From the IMG/VR virus record IMGVR_UViG_3300040770_000057, positions 1 to 64,000 of that record: a DNA stretch of 64,000 bases. One strand, 5' to 3'. The first letter of the stretch is position 1; each line of letters starts with the position of its first letter. The DNA comes from a virus. Positions 25,370 through 32,714 of the stretch are shown here, piece by piece. Under the pieces are notes generated by a model. The model was not told where the DNA came from. It made no database searches and saw only the letters and a list, made by a program, of their open reading frames with translations. Position numbers and translations under genes: made by a program.

Positions 25370-26587
25370 ATGCAAACTTTCACTCCCCGCGAATACTTGA
25401 TGATCGACATTGCCAACTCATACGGGTTGGACAAACTCGATTGGAATCTACGCATCGACTGGTTCAAACAAAATGAGGACAAACTCATGAGCCTGCTCGA
25501 CACAGCAAAGACTCCAGCCCTGTATTACGCAGGGGTGAAGGCTTGGCAAAACGTGCTGGATGGCAAAGCAACTGGATACCCTATCTCTCTGGATGGGACT
25601 TCCAGTGGCTTGCAAATCCTCGCTGCTCTCACCTGTGACCGTTCGGCTGCATTGCTCTGCAATGTGCTGGACTCTGGCTCTCGTGAGAACGCCTACACAG
25701 GCATCTACCAAGCCATGCTGGACAAGCTTGGTGAAACTGGCCACATCAATCCTGATGAGGTCAAGCAGGCCATCATGACTGCACTGTACGGCTCAGAAGC
25801 TGAACCAGTGAAGATCTTCGGCACTGGTGCTCTGTTGAATACTTTTTACACAACGATGGAAGAGCTTGCTCCTGCCGTCTGGAACCTCAACAAAGCATTC
25901 CTTGATATGTGGAATCCAACTGCCCTGTCCTACGACTGGGTGATGCCTGACAACTTCAATGTCCACATCAAAGTGATCCGCACAACAGAAGAGACAGTGA
26001 ACTTCCTGAACACACCTTACAAGGTGATCCAGAAAGTCAATGCTCCAAAAAAGATTGGCCGATCCATCGGCGCAAATCTGACCCACTCAGTTGACGGAAT
26101 GGTAGTACGTGAAATGGCACGCCGTTGCATGTATGACCCACAAGTGGTATCTGATGCCAAAAGCATATTGATGAACCATGGAAAGACTGTAGGACAAGAT
26201 CCTGCTGGTCACCTCCCAAGTCGCCAAACTGATGAAGTCTTGGCCCTCTGGCAGCACTACAAAGAGTCAGGCTATCTGTCTGCTCGGATCCTTGACAGTA
26301 TCAACATCATGAATGTTCGGTACTTGGACAAAGACGTAGTGCTTGCCTTGATTGACAGCTTGCCTGTCAAGCCATTCACTCTCGTCAGCGTCCATGACTG
26401 CTGGAGATGCCTGCCTGCCTATGGCAATGATCTCCGTTACCAATACAACCTGCAACTCCAACTGATTGCCAAAAGCAACCTCTTGGGCTGCTTAGTAGGA
26501 CAGATTGTAGGCCATCCCGTGCAATCTCCAAAGTCTGATCCAAGCATGGCAGACGAAATCCTGCAAGCTAATTACGCACTTAGCTGA
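25370..26587 (+). CDS. RNA polymerase II large (catalytic) subunit (N4 gp16-like, RNAP2)
   Basis: 405 aa from MQTFTPRE. T7-like motifs DGTSSGLQILAAL (A), KQAIMTALYGS (B) and VSVHDCW (C). Confidence 0.85.
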   Translation: MQTFTPREYLMIDIANSYGLDKLDWNLRIDWFKQNEDKLMSLLDTAKTPALYYAGVKAWQNVLDGKATGYPISLDGTSSGLQILAALTCDRSAALLCNVLDSGSRENAYTGIYQAMLDKLGETGHINPDEVKQAIMTALYGSEAEPVKIFGTGALLNTFYTTMEELAPAVWNLNKAFLDMWNPTALSYDWVMPDNFNVHIKVIRTTEETVNFLNTPYKVIQKVNAPKKIGRSIGANLTHSVDGMVVREMARRCMYDPQVVSDAKSILMNHGKTVGQDPAGHLPSRQTDEVLALWQHYKESGYLSARILDSINIMNVRYLDKDVVLALIDSLPVKPFTLVSVHDCWRCLPAYGNDLRYQYNLQLQLIAKSNLLGCLVGQIVGHPVQSPKSDPSMADEILQANYALS

Positions 26588-26594
26588 TAATAGA

Positions 26595-26632
26595 CCCATC
26601 TGCCCTTCCGGGTGGATGGGGCTTATTTTTTT
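26595..26632 (+). terminator. intrinsic terminator
   Basis: 11-bp stem CCCATCTGCCC/GGGTGGATGGG (two G-T pairs) followed by GCTTATTTTTTT. Confidence 0.65.
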
Positions 26633-26649
26633 ATGTTAGGAACTCTGCT

Positions 26650-26883
26650 ATGGCTAAACTCAAAGTCACGTACAACCCAGTCACCCAAGTGGCCAATGTA
26701 CTCAATCCTGCTGCTGGTGCTCCAGTCGGCTCCACTGACCTTGGTGTGATTGATCACGATCCAAGCCACATCACTGATGCGGAAGATCCACTCAAGCACG
26801 TACTGTTCCAGACAGTGCAAAACAAGCTTCTGCTTTCTGGCGTGCTCAAGTATGACAATCTCACCATTGTCGTTGGCCTGTAA
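26650..26883 (+). CDS. short paralog of the decoration-protein N-domain
   Basis: 77 aa. NPVTQVANVL..P.GSTDLG..DH aligns with the N-terminus of the next gene. Confidence 0.65.
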   Translation: MAKLKVTYNPVTQVANVLNPAAGAPVGSTDLGVIDHDPSHITDAEDPLKHVLFQTVQNKLLLSGVLKYDNLTIVVGL

Positions 26884-26908
26884 TTCAACTCTCTGAAAGA
26901 CTCTCAAA

Positions 26909-27433
26909 ATGCTTTACAAAATCGTTTTCAATCCGACTAACAAAGTGGTCAACGTGTTGCTTCCTGAAGAGGCGATTCCTGCTGGATCAACTGATCTTGG
27001 TAATTTTGATCATGCTGTAGCAATCGACCCTCTGGGCAAAGGCGACAGCCATGTAGTCTTCCATCATGTCCAAGCTGCCCTGTACAAACTAGGCGTGCAA
27101 GACATGCAAAGCGTGACGATCCTGATGAGTGAAACGGTGATTGTCATTGCGACAGCCATTGCTCCTACAGCAAACGCAATGTTCGTAACCGTAGGCCAAA
27201 CTGGTCTGATGGACATTGGATTTACTCCAGTTGATCCATCTGATCTGCGAATCACCTTTGTGAGCAGCGATCCAACCAAAGCCACTGTCTCTGGCGGTGC
27301 TACTGTAGTTGTCGCTGGCCGTGAATACAAACGTATTCTGGTGACTGGTGTGGCTGCTGGCAATACGACTGTGACGGTTACCCATACCGCTACTGGTCTG
27401 ACCACCAGCTTCTTGGTCACTGCTGTTGTCTAA
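26909..27433 (+). CDS. Ig-like (Big_2) protein, candidate capsid decoration protein (N4 gp17 position)
   Basis: C-terminal ITFVSSDPTKATVS...TGVAAGNTTVTVTHTATG is Big_2-like. Lies directly after RNAP2, as N4 gp17 does. Confidence 0.65.
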   Translation: MLYKIVFNPTNKVVNVLLPEEAIPAGSTDLGNFDHAVAIDPLGKGDSHVVFHHVQAALYKLGVQDMQSVTILMSETVIVIATAIAPTANAMFVTVGQTGLMDIGFTPVDPSDLRITFVSSDPTKATVSGGATVVVAGREYKRILVTGVAAGNTTVTVTHTATGLTTSFLVTAVV

Positions 27434-27455
27434 ATAAGCAGACCCCAAACAACAA

Positions 27456-27492
27456 GCCCACACTCTTAATTGAGTGTGGGCTTTGTTTTTTT
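27456..27492 (+). terminator. intrinsic terminator
   Basis: GCCCACACTC-TTAATT-GAGTGTGGGC followed by TTTGTTTTTTT. Confidence 0.8.
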
Positions 27493-27525
27493 CGAGTCTA
27501 TCTTATCAACCCACAAGGAGTTTCC

Positions 27526-28275
27526 ATGATCTTCCCAAGCCAAAGAACTATCAACGCTCAATTGACCAAGATCTTTCAAATCTTCAATGATAGTGAGGGC
27601 GGTATTCGCCCACACTTTCATTTGACTGGACCATCTGGAAGTGGCAAAAGCTGTTTGGTGAACCAAATTGCAAAGCAGTTCAAGATGCCCATGATCGAAC
27701 TGAATGCTGCTGGTCTGACGAGTGAAGGTTTGTCAGGCAACTCTTTGTCCAAAGCTTTACGCAAACTGCGTGAACATTGGAATGAACCAAACGTGGTTTT
27801 TGTCGATGAGTTCGACAAGCTGTTTGTTCGCAACGGCGAAACCACAGAAGGATTTCGGTCTGCTGTGCAAGACGAATTCCTCACTGCATTGGAAGCAAAG
27901 CACACAAGCATTTTTACTGACTACGGCAAGTATGAGCCTGTTGTCATCGAGAACAGTCTTTTCATCTTTGCTGGTGCTTACAGTAACCAGAAAATCAGTC
28001 AAATGTCTGAGTTGAAAGATTGCGGTATGCGTACCGAGTTCATTGGCCGTGTGCCATTGATTTTTTGCACACAGGAAATTCCTGTGAGCGAGCTTCGTGG
28101 CTACATTCAAGAAGTAAAACTGTTTCAGCAGTACATGGAAATGTTTCCTGAACACAACCGCAAAGTTGCAGTGAAAAACATTGCTGAAGCACTGGCCGAG
28201 AAGCAAAAAGAATTGCCTATTGGCATTCGTTTGCTGAACACATGCATTCACCTTGAGTTCATGAAAGCAGCCTAA
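27526..28275 (+). CDS. ClpX/HslU-like AAA+ ATPase (no zinc-finger domain)
   Basis: GPSGSGKS (Walker A), LTSEGLSG, VVFVDEFDKL (Walker B), AVQDEFLTALE and LFIFAGAYS run in the same order as the ClpX core motifs. Confidence 0.65.
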   Translation: MIFPSQRTINAQLTKIFQIFNDSEGGIRPHFHLTGPSGSGKSCLVNQIAKQFKMPMIELNAAGLTSEGLSGNSLSKALRKLREHWNEPNVVFVDEFDKLFVRNGETTEGFRSAVQDEFLTALEAKHTSIFTDYGKYEPVVIENSLFIFAGAYSNQKISQMSELKDCGMRTEFIGRVPLIFCTQEIPVSELRGYIQEVKLFQQYMEMFPEHNRKVAVKNIAEALAEKQKELPIGIRLLNTCIHLEFMKAA

Positions 28276-28335
28276 ACTGGGGGAATTCTAGCCCCTAAGC
28301 TAGAATTAAGTTCCCCAACCCAACTAAGGCCCATC

Positions 28336-29511
28336 ATGCTTATTACCGTGAATCTGTTTCCTACAGATGCAGAGTACGTTGATTTCATCAACGATGTATC
28401 TGCGAGAGTAGCACAAACATTGTCTATTCAACCTCCATTGCCAGCCCCTGCTCCTGCCCCGGCTCCAATTCCTGCACCATCACCAGCCCCGGCTCCCACA
28501 ACAACTCCTGTTGGTGTGGAACCTCCGTCTGGTATCCGTGTGCTTGAAGCACTGGAAACCATTCGGGTTAAATCTGGTCCGTACAACGGCATGTACCTTG
28601 TGGCTCCTGCTGGCTATGGCAACTGGTACTTTGCCACTCTGGGCTTGCTTGGCGTCATGCCTTATATGTCGTCCATTGATCTGGCTGGAAAAATCAAGCC
28701 ATATCTGAACCTCTACATCAGCAAGCTCCGTGGTGACTACACCATTGATGATGTGGAATTCCCCGGTGGCATTGACTTCCCACAAACCTTCACGGTTCGT
28801 GTGTCTGACAGCGATGATTCCTATGCAGCGACTATCCTGTCTCTCGCTCTTGCTTACGTAAGAGAAAGTGGCGATGCTGCATGGTTTGCTGCAAACAGTG
28901 CAGCCTTGGATCAGATCATCACTCGCAACTGCGTGAACCAAATCAAGCCTAACAACTTGACCTCAACCTTCACTGTACAGAACGTGCAGAAGCGTTGGGA
29001 CATTGGTTACTTCATGGACAACTCGGAAGTTTATCGTGGCCTTCGTGATGCAGCTACGCTGTTCCGTCCTACCAATCCAGTAAGAGCCAGCTTCTTTGAT
29101 GCAGCAGCCAACCGCATTGCGTTTGGTCTGCGTGATCTGTGGGCTACCACTGGGTTCCGCTACGCTGATGCTTTGCTGACCTTGCGCCAGCCCGGTACTG
29201 CTGATCCAGCAGTGCTGTACCCAGACGGTGCTTGCCAAGTGTTTGCACAGGCATTTGACATTCCTGAACTGCAAGACCTCTACCTGCCAGCATACAACTA
29301 TCTGAATACCAAATTCCCTGACTGGGAAGCTGGTACTTACGATGTGTTCCCATTTGCTGTGCTCAGCTATGTCGCTGCTCTGCGTGGCAACACTGCCAAA
29401 GCAAGAGCACACATGACACTGATGGAACAAAAATTCTTGCTTGACCGTGGCAAGATGACCATCAACGAGCTTGGCTGGTACGCACGTACAAGGGCCATTG
29501 TTGCACCGTAA
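28336..29511 (+). CDS. free-standing paralog of the tail-protein central domain (putative glycan-acting enzyme)
   Basis: 391 aa with a PAPAPAPAPIPAPSPAPAP linker. Several blocks align with aa ~395-765 of the 9937-13680 product. Confidence 0.7.
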   Translation: MLITVNLFPTDAEYVDFINDVSARVAQTLSIQPPLPAPAPAPAPIPAPSPAPAPTTTPVGVEPPSGIRVLEALETIRVKSGPYNGMYLVAPAGYGNWYFATLGLLGVMPYMSSIDLAGKIKPYLNLYISKLRGDYTIDDVEFPGGIDFPQTFTVRVSDSDDSYAATILSLALAYVRESGDAAWFAANSAALDQIITRNCVNQIKPNNLTSTFTVQNVQKRWDIGYFMDNSEVYRGLRDAATLFRPTNPVRASFFDAAANRIAFGLRDLWATTGFRYADALLTLRQPGTADPAVLYPDGACQVFAQAFDIPELQDLYLPAYNYLNTKFPDWEAGTYDVFPFAVLSYVAALRGNTAKARAHMTLMEQKFLLDRGKMTINELGWYARTRAIVAP

Positions 29512-29530
29512 GTCTTACGGAGCTTACTAA

Positions 29531-29554
29531 AAAAGCCACCTTCAGGTGGCTTTT
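29531..29554 (+). terminator. intrinsic terminator
   Basis: AAAAGCCACC-TTCA-GGTGGCTTTT. Confidence 0.75.
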
Positions 29555-29576
29555 CCATTTGTCAAAAGGAAAACCA

Positions 29577-29786
29577 ATGTCCATCAAAGCAATAGATTGT
29601 GTTATTGCACTCAAAAAACACAAACTCAGTACATCAGCAAAAAGCTTGGCTCTGCTGTTGAGTACTGATTCACGAGCTGTAGCTACAGCACTTCGTCAAC
29701 CTGTAAATGATGAACGAATCAGCAGAACTTTCAAAAAAGGAATTGCCTTTTATCGCTTCGTTCGTCTGACCCCAAGGAACAAATAA
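29577..29786 (+). CDS. small putative DNA-binding protein
   Basis: 69 aa from MSIKAID (AAAGGAAAA SD); the track start at 29559 is TTG. Confidence 0.55.
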   Translation: MSIKAIDCVIALKKHKLSTSAKSLALLLSTDSRAVATALRQPVNDERISRTFKKGIAFYRFVRLTPRNK

Positions 29787-30046
29787 TGGGCCAAGATCAA
29801 ACATCAGTAATGGATTACAAGAAGATTCTTCTTGTCTATCTGAACCATGTTGGTGAGATGGAAGGCACAGACTTCTTAGGCCGATCAGCAGATAACGGCA
29901 TCAAAGGACTCAACTCTGCTGAATTAGCTCATCTCCGTGAGCTAAGCGAAGGCAAAACAGAACCTTGTTCGCTCTGCAAATACGATCATGGCCACATGAT
30001 TGGTTGCAAGAACAACCCTGTTGATATTGCACTGAGGAAATCATGA
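29786..30046 (+). CDS. hypothetical protein
   Basis: 86 aa, TAATG overlap, AAGGAA SD. Confidence 0.6.
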   Translation: MGQDQTSVMDYKKILLVYLNHVGEMEGTDFLGRSADNGIKGLNSAELAHLRELSEGKTEPCSLCKYDHGHMIGCKNNPVDIALRKS

Positions 30047-30396
30047 ACCAAGTGATTGATAGACGCACGGAGATCATTCTCCGTATCGAAGAACGCTGTG
30101 TCATCGTTGACAACGGATTTGTCCTTGATGACAAGCCATCACCATGCCACATATGGGCAGGGCCAGATTCTGGCACTGGCCGTGGTGGTGGGTATGGACG
30201 TATGAGCCTTGGCAGTCAAACTGTCGCAGTTCATTTAGTGGTGTACACACACTACTACGGCTACATTCCCGGCAAGAAACAAGTTGACCATCTCTGCCGT
30301 CATCGCTTGTGCTGCAACCCTGCACATCTCGACCTCACAACCCATCTCACGAACCAACGAAGAAAACCCAAAGGACTCAATCATGAAAACAAGTGA
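30043..30396 (+). CDS. HNH endonuclease
   Basis: CHIWAG...GYGRM...VDHLCRHRLCCNPAHL. Confidence 0.8.
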   Translation: MNQVIDRRTEIILRIEERCVIVDNGFVLDDKPSPCHIWAGPDSGTGRGGGYGRMSLGSQTVAVHLVVYTHYYGYIPGKKQVDHLCRHRLCCNPAHLDLTTHLTNQRRKPKGLNHENK

Positions 30397-30685
30397 GGCA
30401 TTCAAACTGGCCAAAGCCAAACTCAATGAAGGCAAGACTAAATCTGATCTACGTACTGATTTTATCTGTATCGCAGCGAGTAACGCTGGAGGCACCGTAC
30501 GAGATATAGTCCAACCCATCATTAAAAAGCTGTTGGGCAGACACTATGTTTTTGATGATTGGCTTATCAGCCAAAACATCAATATCCACATTCGTGGAGA
30601 TGAAGTAAACAAAAAGAAAATTCAAAAAACTCGCCATGCTTGGCTTGACCATTTAATCGCTTACTACAGCGTCAAAGGAAACTGA
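30383..30685 (+). CDS. hypothetical protein
   Basis: 100 aa from MKTSEAF (AAAGGA SD) within the longer track ORF 30284-30685. Confidence 0.55.
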   Translation: MKTSEAFKLAKAKLNEGKTKSDLRTDFICIAASNAGGTVRDIVQPIIKKLLGRHYVFDDWLISQNINIHIRGDEVNKKKIQKTRHAWLDHLIAYYSVKGN

Positions 30686-30687
30686 TC

Positions 30688-31053
30688 ATGGATCACTTTG
30701 GCATTGGTGCAGCAGTAAAGGCTATTGTGGAAATTTATCTTCAGGGTGCTCGACGCACAGGAAGAACTACATCATTGCTTGACAGCTTAAAAAATGGTGA
30801 CAGAGTTGTTTTCAGCAATCACAAAGAAGCTAATCGCGTAAGCCGTCTGCTTCGTGAACGTAACCTCCTGGTCAAGTGTATTGTCATAGACACCAAGCAG
30901 CCGTACAACTTGTTTAATCTTGAGAAGCCCATAGGCAAAACATTGTTTGACCATTCCTGGGTTGAACAGTTTTACCTTGAAGCTGTAACCCGCACTCAGA
31001 ACGAGATTGATGAACTGCAACGGCAATCATTGAGAGAGAGAATTAAACACTGA
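30688..31053 (+). CDS. hypothetical protein
   Basis: 121 aa, AAAGGAAA SD. Confidence 0.6.
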   Translation: MDHFGIGAAVKAIVEIYLQGARRTGRTTSLLDSLKNGDRVVFSNHKEANRVSRLLRERNLLVKCIVIDTKQPYNLFNLEKPIGKTLFDHSWVEQFYLEAVTRTQNEIDELQRQSLRERIKH

Positions 31054-31056
31054 AAG

Positions 31057-31134
31057 TGGTTGCAGGGGCAGGATTTGAACCTGCGATCTACGGCTTATGA
31101 GGCTGTCGAGTTAACCAGACTTCTCTACCCTGCT
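31057..31134 (-). tRNA. tRNA-Met (anticodon CAT; could be Ile2 if lysidine-modified), CCA encoded
   Basis: Manual cloverleaf: acceptor 6 bp plus an A1-A72 mismatch, U8, GG in the D-loop, anticodon loop CTCATAA, T-arm GCAGG-TTCAAAT-CCTGC, ACCA 3' end. One A-C mismatch in the anticodon stem. Confidence 0.7.
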
Positions 31135-31139
31135 AAAAC

Positions 31140-31223
31140 TGGTGGATGCTCTTGGGATCGAACCAAGCTGCCGTGAAGCCAGAGGGTTACAGCCTCCTGC
31201 CCCGCCATTGGAGCATAGCATCC
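31140..31223 (-). tRNA. tRNA-Tyr (anticodon GTA), type II with long variable arm, CCA encoded
   Basis: Acceptor GGATGCT/AGCATCC, D-stem GCTC/GGGC, anticodon stem GGAGG/CCTCT with loop CTGTAAC, 13-nt variable arm, T-arm CTTGG-TTCGATC-CCAAG. Confidence 0.8.
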
Positions 31224-31300
31224 GAAGCAGAAATTCTACTACATAAATAGTAGAAAGAATTTTCGGTTTTAATCCTTTTTTCCCCAAAGGACTTGAGCCA

Positions 31301-31438
31301 ATGAAGTCAATGAAATCTTACCCAATGGATCGTGAAGGTTGGTACAACTTTTATGTCACCCGTTGGTGTAAAAACCAATCTCCCACTACGTTGCAACTTG
31401 CAATGTGGTATCTCATTCTTATCGAAGGACCACAATGA
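31301..31438 (+). CDS. possible 45-aa ORF
   Basis: Manual: MKSMKSYPMDREGWYNFYVTRWCKNQSPTTLQLAMWYLILIEGPQ. AAAGGA SD. ATGA overlap with the next gene. Confidence 0.4.
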   Translation: MKSMKSYPMDREGWYNFYVTRWCKNQSPTTLQLAMWYLILIEGPQ

Positions 31439-31698
31439 AATTCTATGTGATCAAGTACGTCGAAGGAGGTCTTCAACGCTTGCGTTGGGAAGGCACTCAA
31501 GCTGACGTCAATGCAAAGCACAAAGACATTCAAAAAACTGCTTCAGGCTCTGAAGTAATCGAGTTTGAAGTTCCCACAGACAAGCCAGGACTTCTGGCAT
31601 TCCTCAATGAGTTTGTCACGGGGGAGCTGACGGTGGAGCAGAGGACAGCAATGTTCCACCAGATCAAAATGAAAGTGCTGTTCAAGAGCCAGCCGTAA
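31435..31698 (+). CDS. hypothetical protein (possibly the 5' part of a frameshifted gene)
   Basis: 87 aa from MKFYVIKYVEGG (AAGGA SD). A second open frame with no start codon until ATG 31794 overlaps its 3' end (see findings). Confidence 0.55.
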   Translation: MKFYVIKYVEGGLQRLRWEGTQADVNAKHKDIQKTASGSEVIEFEVPTDKPGLLAFLNEFVTGELTVEQRTAMFHQIKMKVLFKSQP

Positions 31699-31908
31699 CA
31701 GAGCCTGACGAGGAAATCCATCTTGAGCCTGATGACAGTGTTCAAGCCGAGCTTCCAGAAGACATTATTGCTGCCCGTGAAAACGGCACTCTGATGGCTT
31801 GTTGGGCACATGAAACCAGAGCACGATTGGTCATGGAATTCATCCGCGAACATCGGCTATTCATACCACTCAATGCGTTTCTTAAAAAACGACGCAGATA
31901 GGATAAAT

Positions 31909-32340
31909 ATGGTCACTGCTGAAGCATGGGCATTGGCTGTTAAGTTCCATGAACTGTACGAGCGCATAGCCCCATCATTTGGATACAAAACCCGTGAGGA
32001 CACACGACAGTTCAACTGTGATTCCTCAAATGGAAAGCTCATGCTGGCCGTTTGCATGGAAATACTTGTTGACCAAAGTGAAGCAACAAAGTCGTTTGTC
32101 TCTCAAGAACCAGCCAATCTGGTTCACAAACTTCAGTGGTTACCAATCGCTGAAGCCCCCACGGACAACGCAGAACCAATCATCCTTGGTTCTTTCGATA
32201 GCTATGGCCAGTTGTATGAAATTGACTTCAATGGGATCTGGACTGCTGAAGGCTGGATCAGCCCCTATGAAATTGATGAGCCTACCCACTGGATCTACCA
32301 GAGTCATATTGCACCACCAACAATAGGAACGCCTCACTGA
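31909..32340 (+). CDS. DUF551-like protein
   Basis: Start at MVTAEAW (AGGATAAAT SD); the track start is 31810. C-terminal WLPIAEAP...PTHWIYQ resembles DUF551. Confidence 0.55.
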   Translation: MVTAEAWALAVKFHELYERIAPSFGYKTREDTRQFNCDSSNGKLMLAVCMEILVDQSEATKSFVSQEPANLVHKLQWLPIAEAPTDNAEPIILGSFDSYGQLYEIDFNGIWTAEGWISPYEIDEPTHWIYQSHIAPPTIGTPH

Positions 32341-32642
32341 TGACCCCCAACATCAACAGAATACTTGAACAAGACCCTGCTACCAGTCGTTTTGATTCCC
32401 ACATGGGAAGGCCAAACTTGGACCTGAAAGGATCCAGAGAAAAGCTATATCTTCAGCGAGTAAAGCTCGATGAGAACAAGAAAGATGTTGGTGGTTACTC
32501 ATGGTCAACTGTGGTTGACAACCAAAGAATCTATTCTGCTTTCAATGAAGCAGGAACGATCCAACTGTTCGTCAAATCGCCAGATAGAAAGCGAGCCAAA
32601 CTGAGACTCTACACAGTCTTCGGTGTGAAATTCTTCAACTAA
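32340..32642 (+). CDS. hypothetical protein
   Basis: 100-aa ORF, TGATG junction, terminator downstream. Confidence 0.6.
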   Translation: MTPNINRILEQDPATSRFDSHMGRPNLDLKGSREKLYLQRVKLDENKKDVGGYSWSTVVDNQRIYSAFNEAGTIQLFVKSPDRKRAKLRLYTVFGVKFFN

Positions 32643-32646
32643 AACT

Positions 32647-32679
32647 GCCCACTCTGTTAATTCAGAGTGGGCTTTTTTT
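32647..32679 (+). terminator. intrinsic terminator
   Basis: GCCCACTCTG-TTAATT-CAGAGTGGGC followed by TTTTTTT. Same loop and design as the 27456 terminator. Confidence 0.8.
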
Positions 32680-32714
32680 ATTGAATATTTTTTTCTCACC
32701 AACCAAGGACTCCA

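Noticed and set aside
31224-31262. Minus-strand TAGAAT 9 nt upstream of tRNA-Tyr as its promoter
   Set aside because: There is no recognisable -35 or extended -10, and the sequence is part of a hairpin arm. It is too weak to call.
31810-31908. ATG 31810 as the start of the DUF551-like gene
   Set aside because: It has weak SD context. ATG 31909 has an AGGA SD and directly follows the stop of another open frame. Kept as an alternative in the frameshift finding.
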